From contig CP075492.1 of NCBI GenBank assembly GCA_021613535.1, positions 248,001 through 312,000 on the forward strand: a DNA stretch of 64,000 bases. The letters run 5' to 3'. Source of the stretch: Adineta vaga. Its lineage: Eukaryota; Animalia; Rotifera. Below are positions 54,301-64,000 of this stretch, piece after piece. Position numbers and translations under genes: made by a program. Under the pieces are notes generated by a model. It was not told the DNA's origin and did no database searches. It saw only the letters and a list, made by a program, of their open reading frames with translations. Every line of letters starts with the position of its first letter. Position 1 is the first letter of the stretch.

Positions 54301-57300
54301 ATAGTCATTACGAAGATGATGAAGACGTCAATGATGGTAATAAGTTTAAATTTTTTCTCTCTTCAAAATGATTACTGCAATTTGCTTTAATATCAACCAA
54401 CTTATATGCTCACGCCATGTAGAAATTAAACTGGAACGGTTTTCCAGCGTTAACTGTTGGAACGAGTGATTGCGATCGTAAGTTCCATTCATTTGGCTTA
54501 ACTGTATGTACTGATGAAAAAGAACCAGACTTCTCCTTTATTTTTAAAAGTATTATCGACGGCGTAAAACGAACAACTGGATTAGCCTTTACAGTTGAAG
54601 TACTTAGAGCTGATGGTTCTGGTACTATACGCAACGCTTAGCAAATGCTTTTTTAAGAAGGATAAAATGGTCATGTGTTAGTCTCATATGCGGCGCAGCA
54701 CTGAAAAAAAATGAAGAGCTGGAAAATCGATTCGAAGAAAAGAAAAGAAATATTAGATGATATTGACACATAACAATTATGTGAATCAGAAACTGTGTTT
54801 CGTAATGCATCATCTTTATTTTTGAAGCAATGGAGAAAATCGAAAAAAGAGTTTACAGAATATTTTGAAAACGCATAGTTAACAGTTTTTGATTTATGTC
54901 ATGAATGATATAATGGTGCGTTCACACCAAACACTAACAATCAATTAGAAGCTATGAACAAAATCATCAAAGACGAATATACTTTTAGAGAACGACATAC
55001 ATTATCGAGATTTCTTACACGTGCAAGTGATATTGTCAATAAATGGTTTATGTCCTAGGAGCAAAATCGAACAGACATATTTGTGTTTTCTACAGAACTA
55101 ACAATCCCAGTTGCACAATGGACCGATGCATATCATTTTGAAAATCCTCCAAGTTTGTTTTACAACTACAATCACAAAGACAAAGGGTTTTACTGATTAT
55201 TATATACCAGCAGGTGATGCAGCCAATATCACAAAAAAATGATATCCAAAGATATAAGAACAAACCGTAGACTACATTTGTACAATTTAAGTATCGTCAG
55301 TTTGAAATTTGGAAATTAACTATACTAGACATTGTATCGAAATGGAAAAATGAGTTTTGTAATTGTCGAAATTTTTTGTAAGAATACATATGTAAAAACG
55401 TGTTTGGCATGTCAATTAGATTGAAACACTGTAAACCACCTTCAATAGCGAAGAATGTACTTATGGGTTAGAAAAGAAAGCGAGAACCACCACGATAAGC
55501 AATACAACCTTTGTTAATCGATTAACTGTTCAAACTAAAGTTTTTACTTAAACATATTTGTTTTTCTACTTAACAAAAGTTATATATATGTATATACTTA
55601 TCAATGCTAAATATTTTGTTTAGCAAACATAACTCCGTCTACTGACATGAGAATTTAAATAAACCACTTAGCAAAAAATCTTTTCTTACTTAGATCGATA
55701 TTAAACCAATTACTTAGAAAACATTGAATATATTACTAGAAATTATATTTTTTACTTTACCATCCTGATATATGTCAATATAGAATCGGATCGGATAAAA
55801 TGTAGGAATTGACAGATGCAACTGCACGGTTTGTGATACATCTGTAAATTTCTGATACACAAATGCAGATTGTCAGTATATGGTACTAACATTATACAAT
55901 CGTATTGTCGAAGTACCCGACCTCTTAATCCCTTATCGATTAACTTACAATAGTCTAAAGCGACAGAAGGGATATAGTAACAGTCGTCTATGAACTATAC
56001 CACTCCAGCTAAGTTAAGGATGGATCGTTTCAGTAAATTGAAAAGTGCTAACTCGCACACTTGTGCACTGAAACTATAGATTCCTATCAACTCAAATACT
56101 AATATTTTGATCAACTTACCACTGCTACAAAGTGATCGAATATATCTTACAATATGATCCGCGTTACGTTCGCTGATGAAAGTGAAGAAATGAAAAAGCA
56201 AACTTGGAACAGTGTGCATATATGTTATTTGTTTGTTGGATAATACTTTCGATAGATAATCAAAATCAATAGTTCCTTGTGGATGAAGCATAACTAACGA
56301 AGCACCCTTTGATAAAATACCAAGTATCTCTTGAACATGAATATCGAATGAACATCGTGCCATTTGTATTGCAGTGTCATATTCGTTGAATGAATTTATG
56401 AAAGTCAAAGAATGCATACATTCATCGAAATTTCTATGACGAATTTGGGCCTATAAAGGAAAAGAGAAAGATTAATTCAACAACAAGAAACAGGCAATAA
56501 GCAATAACGAACCGCTTTCGGTACTCCAGTTGAGCCACTTGTAAAAATGATGTAAGCAATATTTTTTGGTGTTACTACAATGTTTGACAATTGATCACAG
56601 CCAATATTATTTTGATTGTCATTATTAGTTAATATTAAATCAACATTCACTACGATTGTTTCATTATGTATCATAGTCTTTGTTAACCAATGAGCAATAA
56701 CAAGATGACTTTGAGTCTGCTCGACAAGTGTATGCAGACGATATGAAGGGTCTCGAGGTGATAATGGACAATATACACCACCTACCATTTCTATTGCCAT
56801 TATACCAATTACCTAGAATGAACAACAATTTCTCCTAAATTCTAAGAGACACTCTTCTCATTCATCAACTTACCATTGATATACTTCTCTCCACACATTG
56901 ACAAATAATATCACCAACATTTACACGATATTCATTCAATAGAGTCAAAGACAATACTTGAACATAATACAACAGTTCACAATATGTCAACGACTGTTCA
57001 TCTAGTTCCACAGCTAACTTTTGTGAATAGATCATCGCTTTAGAAACAAACTCATGATGAATGCATTTGACAGATGGATATGATATTTGTGTATTATTCA
57101 TTGATTGTACAAGTAATTGTTCAGTTGGTAGTGTTAATGATAATTCATACAGTGGTTTCTTCGATTGACTATCAATAATAGATGCACATAGATCATACAA
57201 CAGTGAATGAAATTGTTGTGAAATCTTGTTCATAGTTTCCACGTGAAACAAATCCAATGATGCATCGATTGTACATGAAAGTTCATTAGGATCCAAAGTA

Positions 57301-60300
57301 TGATGAAAAGTGAGAATAAAATCAAATTTACTCATCACTTCATCTTCACTAATCTCAATCGAATATGGTGCTAAAATAAGTTCACTATCACCAAGATTTA
57401 CTTTGTCTTGATCGTCATTTGTCATCGATGTTATAAACTCGAATGATGTATCAAGAAATGCAGGACTTGATAGATGAGGATGTTGTGCAAGAATACGTTG
57501 AAGTGGAAAATATGAATATTTCATACTATTTGTCATCAAGACTCGCATTTGTTGAGTGAATTGATGAAACGAAGAATGAGGATCAAATTGACATCGAAGA
57601 GGAATAGCATTGACAAACATTCCAATTAGAGATCTAAGTTCATCTCGATAACGTCCATCTGTATTCATTCCAATGCATAGATCTTGTTCTCCATTGGTTA
57701 ATTTGAATAAGAAGATGAAATAAGTCATGAGTGACAAATATTCAAGTGACATGTTATTTGTCGATGCATATGTAAGAAAGTATTGTGAAAGATCTTGTCC
57801 AAAATCAAACGAAATAGATGTTCCACGACCAGTTCGATGTTCATTTGCAAGACGATATCGATCATATGGTAATGAAAGAGATTGATCAAGTTTACAGTCA
57901 TGGAGAGTATCAAGCCAAAACATTTCTGCACCAGTCATTGACATTCCTCGTTCGATAGCAGCATCTACATAGAAGAACAACGATGAATGACATATGAGAA
58001 AGAAAAAGTGCGATGTTGAAGATGTATACTTACAATCAAGATATCGAATATTCATTTCATCATCATTGTTGTTGTTATTGCTAAGTAATTCACCTGTTGT
58101 ATATACTTGATTAAGATCATGAAGAAAGATATGCATTGATGGAAAATCAAATGCTGCATGATGAAAATTGAAGATGATTATATCTTTATGATGAAGTAGA
58201 TGATCGGAAGAGATGTGTTTGTAATAGACAAGATGACATCGAAAGACAAGACCTTGAGTAAGATTGAAGAGTTGAGGATTTCGTTTTTCTTCATGTATGA
58301 TATTGTTGAGTTGTTGTTGTGTTTCATAAGTACTCTCAATAAATGTAAATAATGTCTTTTGATCTGTGGTAATGTCTATGATTCGTTGCATCAATATATT
58401 TTTATCTTTGTCGAAAATGAATGCTGTATGAAGTGCAAGATGTTTGCTGATAGTGAGATCGAGTGCATGTTGAAGTTGTTTGACTGATATAGTATTGTTT
58501 GTAGAAAGGTGATAAACGAAAGGCATGTTGTAGATTGCTACTTGTGGGTTTTGAGGATCGAATCTCAATTGTTCGTCGAGCCAAATGCGAGCTTGTGCAT
58601 ATGATGCTGGTGCTATAGCAATTGTATTCTATTCGTGTAGGGATAGAAACACCAATGATGTAGAGGTGCTGAGGACGCACTCTCCCGAGTGATAGTTTCA
58701 TGGGGTGTCTCTCTCTCTTTTACAAGTACGTTCAGTATTCATGCGAGTGGTAGCTAAGTACTCTCTTCAAAGATGAGCTATGGATAAAAAATAAAAATAT
58801 ATGAGTGGCCTAAATCACTCCACAGTTATATCAGAAGTGCCTGTAAAGTATTTTTAAATACTTGAAATATTTAATACGATTATCCTTTAGAACTGTAATT
58901 GAAGTACAGAGTGAATTCGACGTTAAGTAGCGATCCAGTAAGTTTCAGCTTTTATATAGGAAATACTTCACCATGTCTCTTTCGATATATATGTTTACAC
59001 TAATCCCTTCGTTTTCTTTAACAAAGAAAGTAAATGAACTACATATACTATAGGTAAAAGCAGAAGCAAACAAAATATATTCTCTATCAGAAACTAAAAC
59101 GAACTAAATTTTGTCTTTCGAACACTCACAAATGAATCAAACAAATGTCAACTATGTATCTTTCATAGCTGCGATGGCTAAGTGCTTATGTTGTTTAAGA
59201 TAAATTGAAACTATATTCTGTGCAAACGTCAGTGGCATCATTCATAGAATAAATTTCAAGAAATCGGGAACGAAATACTTCTCATAATTCTTACACTAGG
59301 GTATGGCCTACAATGTTAGTCACGATTTTAGAGAGGAGGAGTCCAAATGTCACTGTCTATAAGAGGAGAAAAGCTGCAGAGACCAGATTGATATGTAAAT
59401 CATAACAATTATAGTTGGCATCTACACAAGACACGTCTATGAAAGATTATTCGTAATATGGATCATCAACAACAATAAAATTTTAATCACAACAAGACAG
59501 AAACCTACCTTCACTTGTGATATTTGATTGTCGATCAAATATAACATCATCGATTTCCTTAGCTTCCTTCGGCAATATAAGATCAAGTTTCGATACAGCT
59601 GTCCCACACATGTTCACTTCATCCACTATTCCATTCGATACAAACAATTGTTCAATACAATACGAAAATCGTTCACCTATATCTGTAACAGTTCCATCAT
59701 CAAATAAATCATGAGAACATATCAAATACAATGATAATCTATTGTTTTGTAATGTTGGATTATAAACAAATGTTAACATGAAATCAAATTTAGCTATTTC
59801 ATCTGATTGTTCTAATGATACTTCTTCTAATTTTGTATCATTCATCGATAAGGAACTCTCACTTTCAGATAAAGTGATAAAATCGAACATTGTTTCCAAA
59901 AATGTAAGATTCGATTGGTTGGCATGAAAGTCATTAAGAATATGTTGAAGTGGATAATGAGAATGTTTAAGTATTGATAAACACATTTCTCTTACAGAAT
60001 GAACAACTTCATCAAATGACCAATCTCCATTGAGTTGAATACGATATGGTAATGTTGCTACAAACATTCCTATCATATTATACAATTCAGATCGATATCG
60101 ATTGGCATTTATACTACCAACACATAAATCAGTTTGATTGTGAGATAATTTAAATAGAAATACATAAAATATCGATAGTCCAAGTTGAAAAAATGTAAGA
60201 TGATGTGATGATGCATAGTTTAGAAATGATGTACATGTAACATCATTTAGTATTATTTGAGTTGTAGCACCTAAGCCAGATCGATGATGAATTGATGAAC

Positions 60301-63300
60301 GAGATCGATCATATGGTAATGATAATGAATGTTGAAGATCACATCCTTGAAGTTGAGAATACCAAAACTCACGAGATAAGGACATATCCATGACATGTTC
60401 ATGAACAGAATAATCAACATATTGAAATGAATTGTCATCTAGAGATAGCGAACTATGATCTTGATAAGCAAGAGAAAGATCACGAATAAAGATTGATGTT
60501 GATGCACCATCAAAGAAAGCATGATGAACAGTAAATAATATTAAATCATCTCTATTCAACATATCATCTTCTTCATTTGAACTGTGTGTGTGAGAACGAA
60601 GAATATGACAATTAATGACATGTCCTTTTGATAAATCAAATAAATCACATTTATTCAAGATTCTCTTCACAATTTCATTCATATCGCCATCTTCTCTGGA
60701 AACATTCACTATTGAAAAACCAAATGTTTCACTATTATTGCTTAAAGTATTCATATCTCGACAATCTTGTACAATAATACCATTTTGATCAAGATAAAGT
60801 GCTGTTCTCAGAATCTGATGTTTTCTAATGATACATTGATATGCATGATATAATCGTGAAATTGATATATGATGGTCATTTATCGATGATAGACGATATA
60901 TTAATGGAATAACATACATATTTGTATTGTTATCTGTCGAAGAAGAAGAAGAAGAAGAAAATCGAATATTTTCATCTAAGAAAATGCGTTCTTGAGCAAA
61001 GGATGCTTTCGCTAAAGTGAGAAATAGAATGTGGTTATTAGAGTATTTTTGAGATTATATTTTGTTACCTGTAAGGATATTTAATGAATGCCAAGAATGA
61101 TCATCTTTACTCAATTCGGTATTGAGAATCTGATGAATAAGTTTTGCATGATCAATGATAGTTGGATGTTGAAATAGATCAGTAATAGCAATGGAATTTA
61201 TTTCTAATCGAAATTCTACTTTATAGTGATGTAGAAGTTGCATAATAATTAATGAATGGCCACCAATAGAGAATATGTTTGTATTAGTAGAGATTTGTTT
61301 TTGTTTCAATAGATCACACCATATATGATGAATAATAGATTCAATTTTATTTGTTGGTTCTACTAAATCGTTAGTATTGTTGAGTTTAGTTGAAGAGAGA
61401 ACAAGGGAATCAGGTGAGGGCAATCGTTTTCGATCAATTTTTCCATTTGGATTGAGAGGTAATTTATCAAGAATAATGAAATAAGATGGAATCATATGCG
61501 GTGGAAGATGTGATTGACAATATTCATGTAATTCTTTTTCACTAACGACTGAACTTTGAACATAAGCAACTAAATGATCTTCACCCCATTTCACCACAAC
61601 ACAAGTAGATATCGATGTAATACTAAGTAGGCATCGTTCAATTTCACCAAGTTCAATTCTTTGCCCATGTAGTTTGATTTGAAAATCTTTTCTTCCTTGA
61701 TAATAGATACGACCATTATGGTTTGTTTTGGCAAGATCACCAGTTCGATAAAATCGTGCATTATCTATGTAAATCAGTGTGCTCTTTGTCAAATCATCAC
61801 GGCCAAGATAGCCAGCAAAGATGCCAACTCCTCCGATTAGTAGCTCTCCTTGTTGGTTTATCAAAACAGTTTGCAAATACTGATCCAACACTAGATGTCG
61901 ATAGTTTGGAAGTGGCCGTCCTATCGGAATATTTTCCGTTTCTTTGGTCGCGTTCAACAGATAATAAGTACAATCAATAGTCGCCTCTGCTGGACCATAT
62001 AAATTCCATAGTTGACAAGTGTCTGGTAACTTATTGACGATTAGATTGACCAGTTTCGATGAACAAGTTTCACCTAGAATAGAAGTTTATTCCTATTGTT
62101 TCTGATAAGTTTCGGATAAGTTTTACTAACCACCAGTAGTAACTGAGCGCAGATACTTCAAATTCTTGAAATCGCTCTGTGTACTCAGAAAAGTAAAGAA
62201 ACTGTGAAGCAAACTTGGAACAGTCGTAATCGAAGTAATTTGTTTGTCTTGAATAATATTGAGCAGATAGTCAAACTGAAGAATTCCTCTGGGACGTAAC
62301 ATAACTAACGCACCTCCACTAGTCAGAGCACCCATTATATCTTGCAAATGATCATCAAAAGAGCAGCGTGACATCTGAAGAATTCTATCGTCTCTATTTA
62401 TAATGTTTGTGAAACTTAATGAGTCTATCATATGAGTAATATTTCGATGACGAATTTTGATCTACAAATAAGTAGAAAAATCGCTGTTAGACTTTTCCGA
62501 TTACAATATATTGTTTCACAAACCGCTTTCGGTACTCCAGTTGAGCCACTTGTAAAAATGATGTAAGCAATATTTTTTGGTGTTACTACAATGTTTGACA
62601 ATTGATCACAGCCAATATTATTTTGATTGTCATTATTAGTTAATATTAAATCAACATTCACTACGATTGTTTCATTATGTATCATAGTCTTTGTTAACCA
62701 ATGAGCAATAACAAGATGACTTTGAGTCTGCTCGACAAGTGTATGCAGACGATATGAAGGGTCTCGAGGTGATAATGGACAATATACACCACCTACCATT
62801 TCTATTGCCATTATACCAATTACCTAGAATGAACAACAATTTCTCCTAAATTCTAAGAGACACTCTTCTCATTCATCAACTTACCATTGATATACTTCTC
62901 TCCACACATTGACAAATAATATCACCAACATTTACACGATATTCATTCAATAGAGTCAAAGACAATACTTGAACATAATATAACAGTTCACAATATGTCA
63001 ACGACTGTTCATCTAGTTCCACAGCTAACTTTTGTGAATAGATCATCGCTTTAGAAACAAACTCATGATGAATACATTGGACAGATGGAAATGATATTTG
63101 TGTATTATTCATTGATTGTACAAGTAATTGTTCAGTTGGTAGTGTTAATGATAATTCATACAGTGGTTTCTTCGATTGACTATCAATAATAGATGCACAT
63201 AGATCATACAACAGTGAATGAAATTGTTGTGAAATCTTATTCACAGTTTCCACGTGAAACAAATCCAATGATGCATCGATTGTACATGAAAGTTCATTAG

Positions 63301-63975
63301 GATCCAAAGTATGATGAAAAGTGAGAATAAAATCAAATTTACTCATCACTTCATCTTCACTAATCTCAATCGAATATGGTGCTAAAATAAGTTCACTATC
63401 ACCAAGATTTACTTTGTCTTGATCGTCATTTGTCATCGATGTTATAAACTGGAATGATGTATCAAGAAATGCAGGATTTGATAGATGAGGATGTTGTGCA
63501 AGAATACGTTGAAGTGGAAAATATGAATATTTCATAGTATTTGTCATCAAGACTCGCATTTGTTGAGTGAATTGATGAAACGAAGAATGAGGATCAAATT
63601 GACATCGAAGAGGAATAGCATTGACAAACATTCCAATTAGAGATCTAAATTCATCTCGATAACGTCCATCTGTATTCATTCCAATGCATAGATCTTGTTC
63701 TCCATTGGTTAATTTGAATAAGAAGATGAAATAAGTCATGAGTGACAAATAGTCAAGTGACATGTTATTTGTCGATGCATATGTAAGAAAGTATTGTGAA
63801 AGATCTTGTCCAAAATCAAACGAAATAGATGTTCCACGACCAGTTCGATGTTCATTTGCAAGACGATATCGATCATATGGTAATGAAAGAGATTGATCAA
63901 GTTTACAGTCATGGAGAGCATCAAGCCAAAACATTTCTGCACCAGTCATTGGCATTTGTTTTTCGATAGCAGCAT
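1021..63975 (-). CDS. Giant multimodular spliced NRPS, partial at both ends (41 exons, ~10,980 aa in window, 7 x C-A-T-C)
   Basis: Core motifs recur in every module: C1 (SYAQARIW/SFAQERI), HHxxxD, A3 TSGSTGxPK, A5 GP(A/T)E, A7 YRTGD, A8 GRKDFQxKLHGQRIELGEIE, A10 NGKIDRK and T GGHSL. All junctions are GT-AG with matching phase, including the inter-module junction GAA G|gt...ag|CA CCA GCA TCA TAT (E-A-P-A-S-Y). Confidence 0.93.
6441..6510 (+). pseudogene. Degenerate tRNA-like sequence (tRNA pseudogene or SINE head); copy near 45689-45755
   Basis: T-arm GTGGG-TTCGAAT-CCTAC with a B-box and an A-box-like TAGTCTGATTAG. Acceptor and anticodon arms are non-canonical, and the second copy has a 4-nt deletion. 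Confidence 0.45.
6824..7741. mobile_element. Non-autonomous DNA transposon (MITE/foldback) with ~290-bp TIRs and TA flanks
   Basis: TA|CTTAGGGCAATC...GATTGCCCTAAG|TA; arms about 6824-7115 and 7450-7741. Confidence 0.85.
7767..8093 (+). mobile_element. tRNA-derived SINE
   Basis: A-box TGGTTGAGTGG, B-box GTTCAAAC, (TTA)n tail, and a perfect 14-bp TSD TAAAACTGATCAAA (7753-7766, 8094-8107). Confidence 0.85.
8318..8525. mobile_element. Small MITE with internal ~11-bp TGAAGTA minisatellite; copy about 47560-47775
   Basis: Imperfect TIR GGGGAGAAGCAAGACTTCAT / ATGAAGTCTCGCTTTTCCTCCC. The second copy has one more repeat unit and a shorter G-run. Confidence 0.6.
10123..15190 (-). CDS. NRPS module M6 (C-A-T(beta)-C(beta))
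   Basis: C/A-N region 13452-15190, then exons 13090-13389, 12697-13027, 11645-12640, 10123-11583. Code DAEAGALVGK. Confidence 0.9.
15435..15855. mobile_element. hAT-like MITE
   Basis: TAGAGGTAG...CTATCCCTA termini, perfect 8-bp TSD ATCAATAA, internal inverted symmetry. Confidence 0.8.
16691..28863 (-). CDS. NRPS module M5 (C-A-T(alpha)-C(alpha))
   Basis: C/A-N region 27125-28863, then exons 26764-27063, 26371-26701, 18256-19260, 16691-18199. A 7110-nt TE-filled intron (19261-26370) lies within the A domain. Code DIQHCILIGK. Confidence 0.9.
19736..19800. repeat. Perfect palindrome (32-bp arms, 1-nt spacer)
   Basis: GTTTAATTGGAATCATGACTTGTGTGCAGTAG-T-CTACTGCACACAAGTCATGATTCCAATTAAAC. Confidence 0.95.
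19801..20585. mobile_element. MITE with GTTATAAC subterminal repeats
   Basis: Imperfect TIR CAGTGTGTGAGTTAAAACTG / CAGTTTTAACTCCCACTATG; inverted arms about 19830-19945 and 20425-20545. Confidence 0.7.
20871..21282. mobile_element. hAT-like MITE
   Basis: Perfect TIR CAGTGGCGCAACCAGG; 8-bp TSD AATATAGA/AATATGGA. Confidence 0.85.
22520..22763. mobile_element. hAT-like MITE nested in the left arm of 22280-23526
   Basis: TIR (G/C)AGyrGTGT(A/C)ACATATCCCGCA and 8-bp TSD CGTCTTTT. The empty site is visible in the opposite arm near 23287-23294. Confidence 0.85.
22929..23218. mobile_element. MITE with TCCGA/TCGGA repeats nested in the right arm of 22280-23526
   Basis: CCCAG...CTGGG termini with TTA/ATA flanks. 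The empty site is visible in the left arm near 22827-22852. Confidence 0.75.
25204..25384. mobile_element. hAT-like MITE
   Basis: TAGCGGCGTAACC...GGTTACGCCACTA with a perfect 8-bp TSD CCTCATTC. Confidence 0.85.
29762..34874 (-). CDS. NRPS module M4 (C-A-T(alpha)-C(alpha))
   Basis: C/A-N region 33136-34874, then exons 32775-33077, 32387-32717, 31327-32331, 29762-31270. Code DIQYCGLLQK. A5 reads NLCGPAE; first C motif HHEAFD. Confidence 0.9.
35577..36545 (+). mobile_element. Helentron/DINE-1-like non-autonomous rolling-circle element (5' limit uncertain)
   Basis: GGAC-rich microsatellite followed by the 3' hairpin TAGTGTACTCA-CTTTT-TGAGTACACTA (36515-36541) and an A-run. Confidence 0.55.
36667..37910 (-). 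pseudogene. Degenerate piggyBac transposon relic
   Basis: The minus strand reads KPQVVLDYKKRG*GIDLSGQLSAIYTCLRHSIEW (piggyBac KPxxxLDYNxxxGGVDxxDQ...W motif) and a Cys-rich remnant TTWYCKCC. A TTAA|CCCT end lies at 36663-36670. Confidence 0.7.
38030..39448. mobile_element. Palindromic foldback element with ~673-bp near-perfect arms
   Basis: 38030-38702 is the reverse complement of 38777-39448 with two visible mismatches and a ~74-nt spacer. GGTG...CACC termini with degenerate TTAA-like flanks (possibly Kolobok-type). Confidence 0.85.
40545..45578 (-). CDS. NRPS module M3 (C-A-T(beta)-C(beta))
   Basis: C/A-N region 43843-45578, then exons 43485-43784, 43109-43436, 42066-43061, 40545-42005. 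Code DVQQDGLVDK. Post-T C motif HHVAFDR. Confidence 0.9.
46068..46985. mobile_element. Copy of MITE 6824-7741 (inherited by segmental duplication)
   Basis: Same 918-bp sequence and same flanks. Confidence 0.85.
47011..47337 (+). mobile_element. Copy of SINE 7767-8093
   Basis: Same sequence and same 14-bp TSD. Confidence 0.85.
49371..58612 (-). CDS. NRPS module M2 (C-A-T(beta)-C(beta))
   Basis: C/A-N region 56874-58612 (contains a 69-nt intron), then exons 56513-56812, 56120-56450, 50892-51887, 49371-50831. A 4232-nt intron lies within the A domain. Code DIQHCSLIDK. Post-T C motif HHAAYDR. Confidence 0.9.
52559..52918. mobile_element. Diverged Tc1/mariner-like MITE
   Basis: TA|CACGATG...CATCCTG|TA with internal inverted motifs (TTAGTGAGAACCT / AGGTTCTCACTAA). 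An extra half-copy follows at about 52920-53120. Confidence 0.55.
53700..55525 (+). pseudogene. Dead Mutator (MULE) transposase with SWIM finger
   Basis: Motifs KLNWNGFPALTVGTSDCDRKFHSFGLTVC, VLRADG, TPNTNNQLEAMNKIIKDEYTFRER and CNC...YICK, broken by several stops and frameshifts. Confidence 0.8.
59509..63975 (-). CDS. NRPS module M1 (partial C-A-T(alpha)-C(alpha))
   Basis: Exons 62885-63975, 62524-62823, 62131-62461, 61069-62073, 59509-61011. Manual specificity code DDQTTGLIDK. Post-T C motif HHAFFDG. Confidence 0.9.
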
Positions 63976-64000
63976 CTATATAGAAGAACAAGTGACAAAT

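Noticed and set aside
1021-63975. Seven separate monomodular genes, or a frameshifted bacterial pseudogene cluster
   Set aside because: Every ORF break coincides with a phase-correct GT-AG intron, and the C1 motif of each unit begins right at a splice acceptor rather than after a conserved start codon.

Overview
AT-rich eukaryotic DNA that lies entirely inside one giant, intron-containing non-ribosomal peptide synthetase (NRPS) gene on the minus strand; neither its start nor its stop is in the window. Manual GT-AG splicing joins 41 exons (1021..63975) into one open frame of about 11,000 aa. It comprises seven tandem modules (M1 at the right end to M7 at the left), each with the unusual order C-A-T-C, so there are two condensation domains between successive carrier domains. 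C and T sequences, including many short introns, are nearly identical between modules. The A-domain pocket exons differ in every module and give seven different specificity codes. Two T + post-T C lineages alternate (alpha, beta, beta, alpha, alpha, beta, alpha). The long introns hold nested MITEs (hAT-like and Tc1/mariner-like), a tRNA-derived SINE, a Helentron-like element, a 1.4-kb palindrome, and dead MULE and piggyBac transposases. Bacterial-type NRPS domains with ~50-70 nt spliceosomal introns suggest a bdelloid rotifer horizontally acquired NRPS; the host is inferred, not proven.
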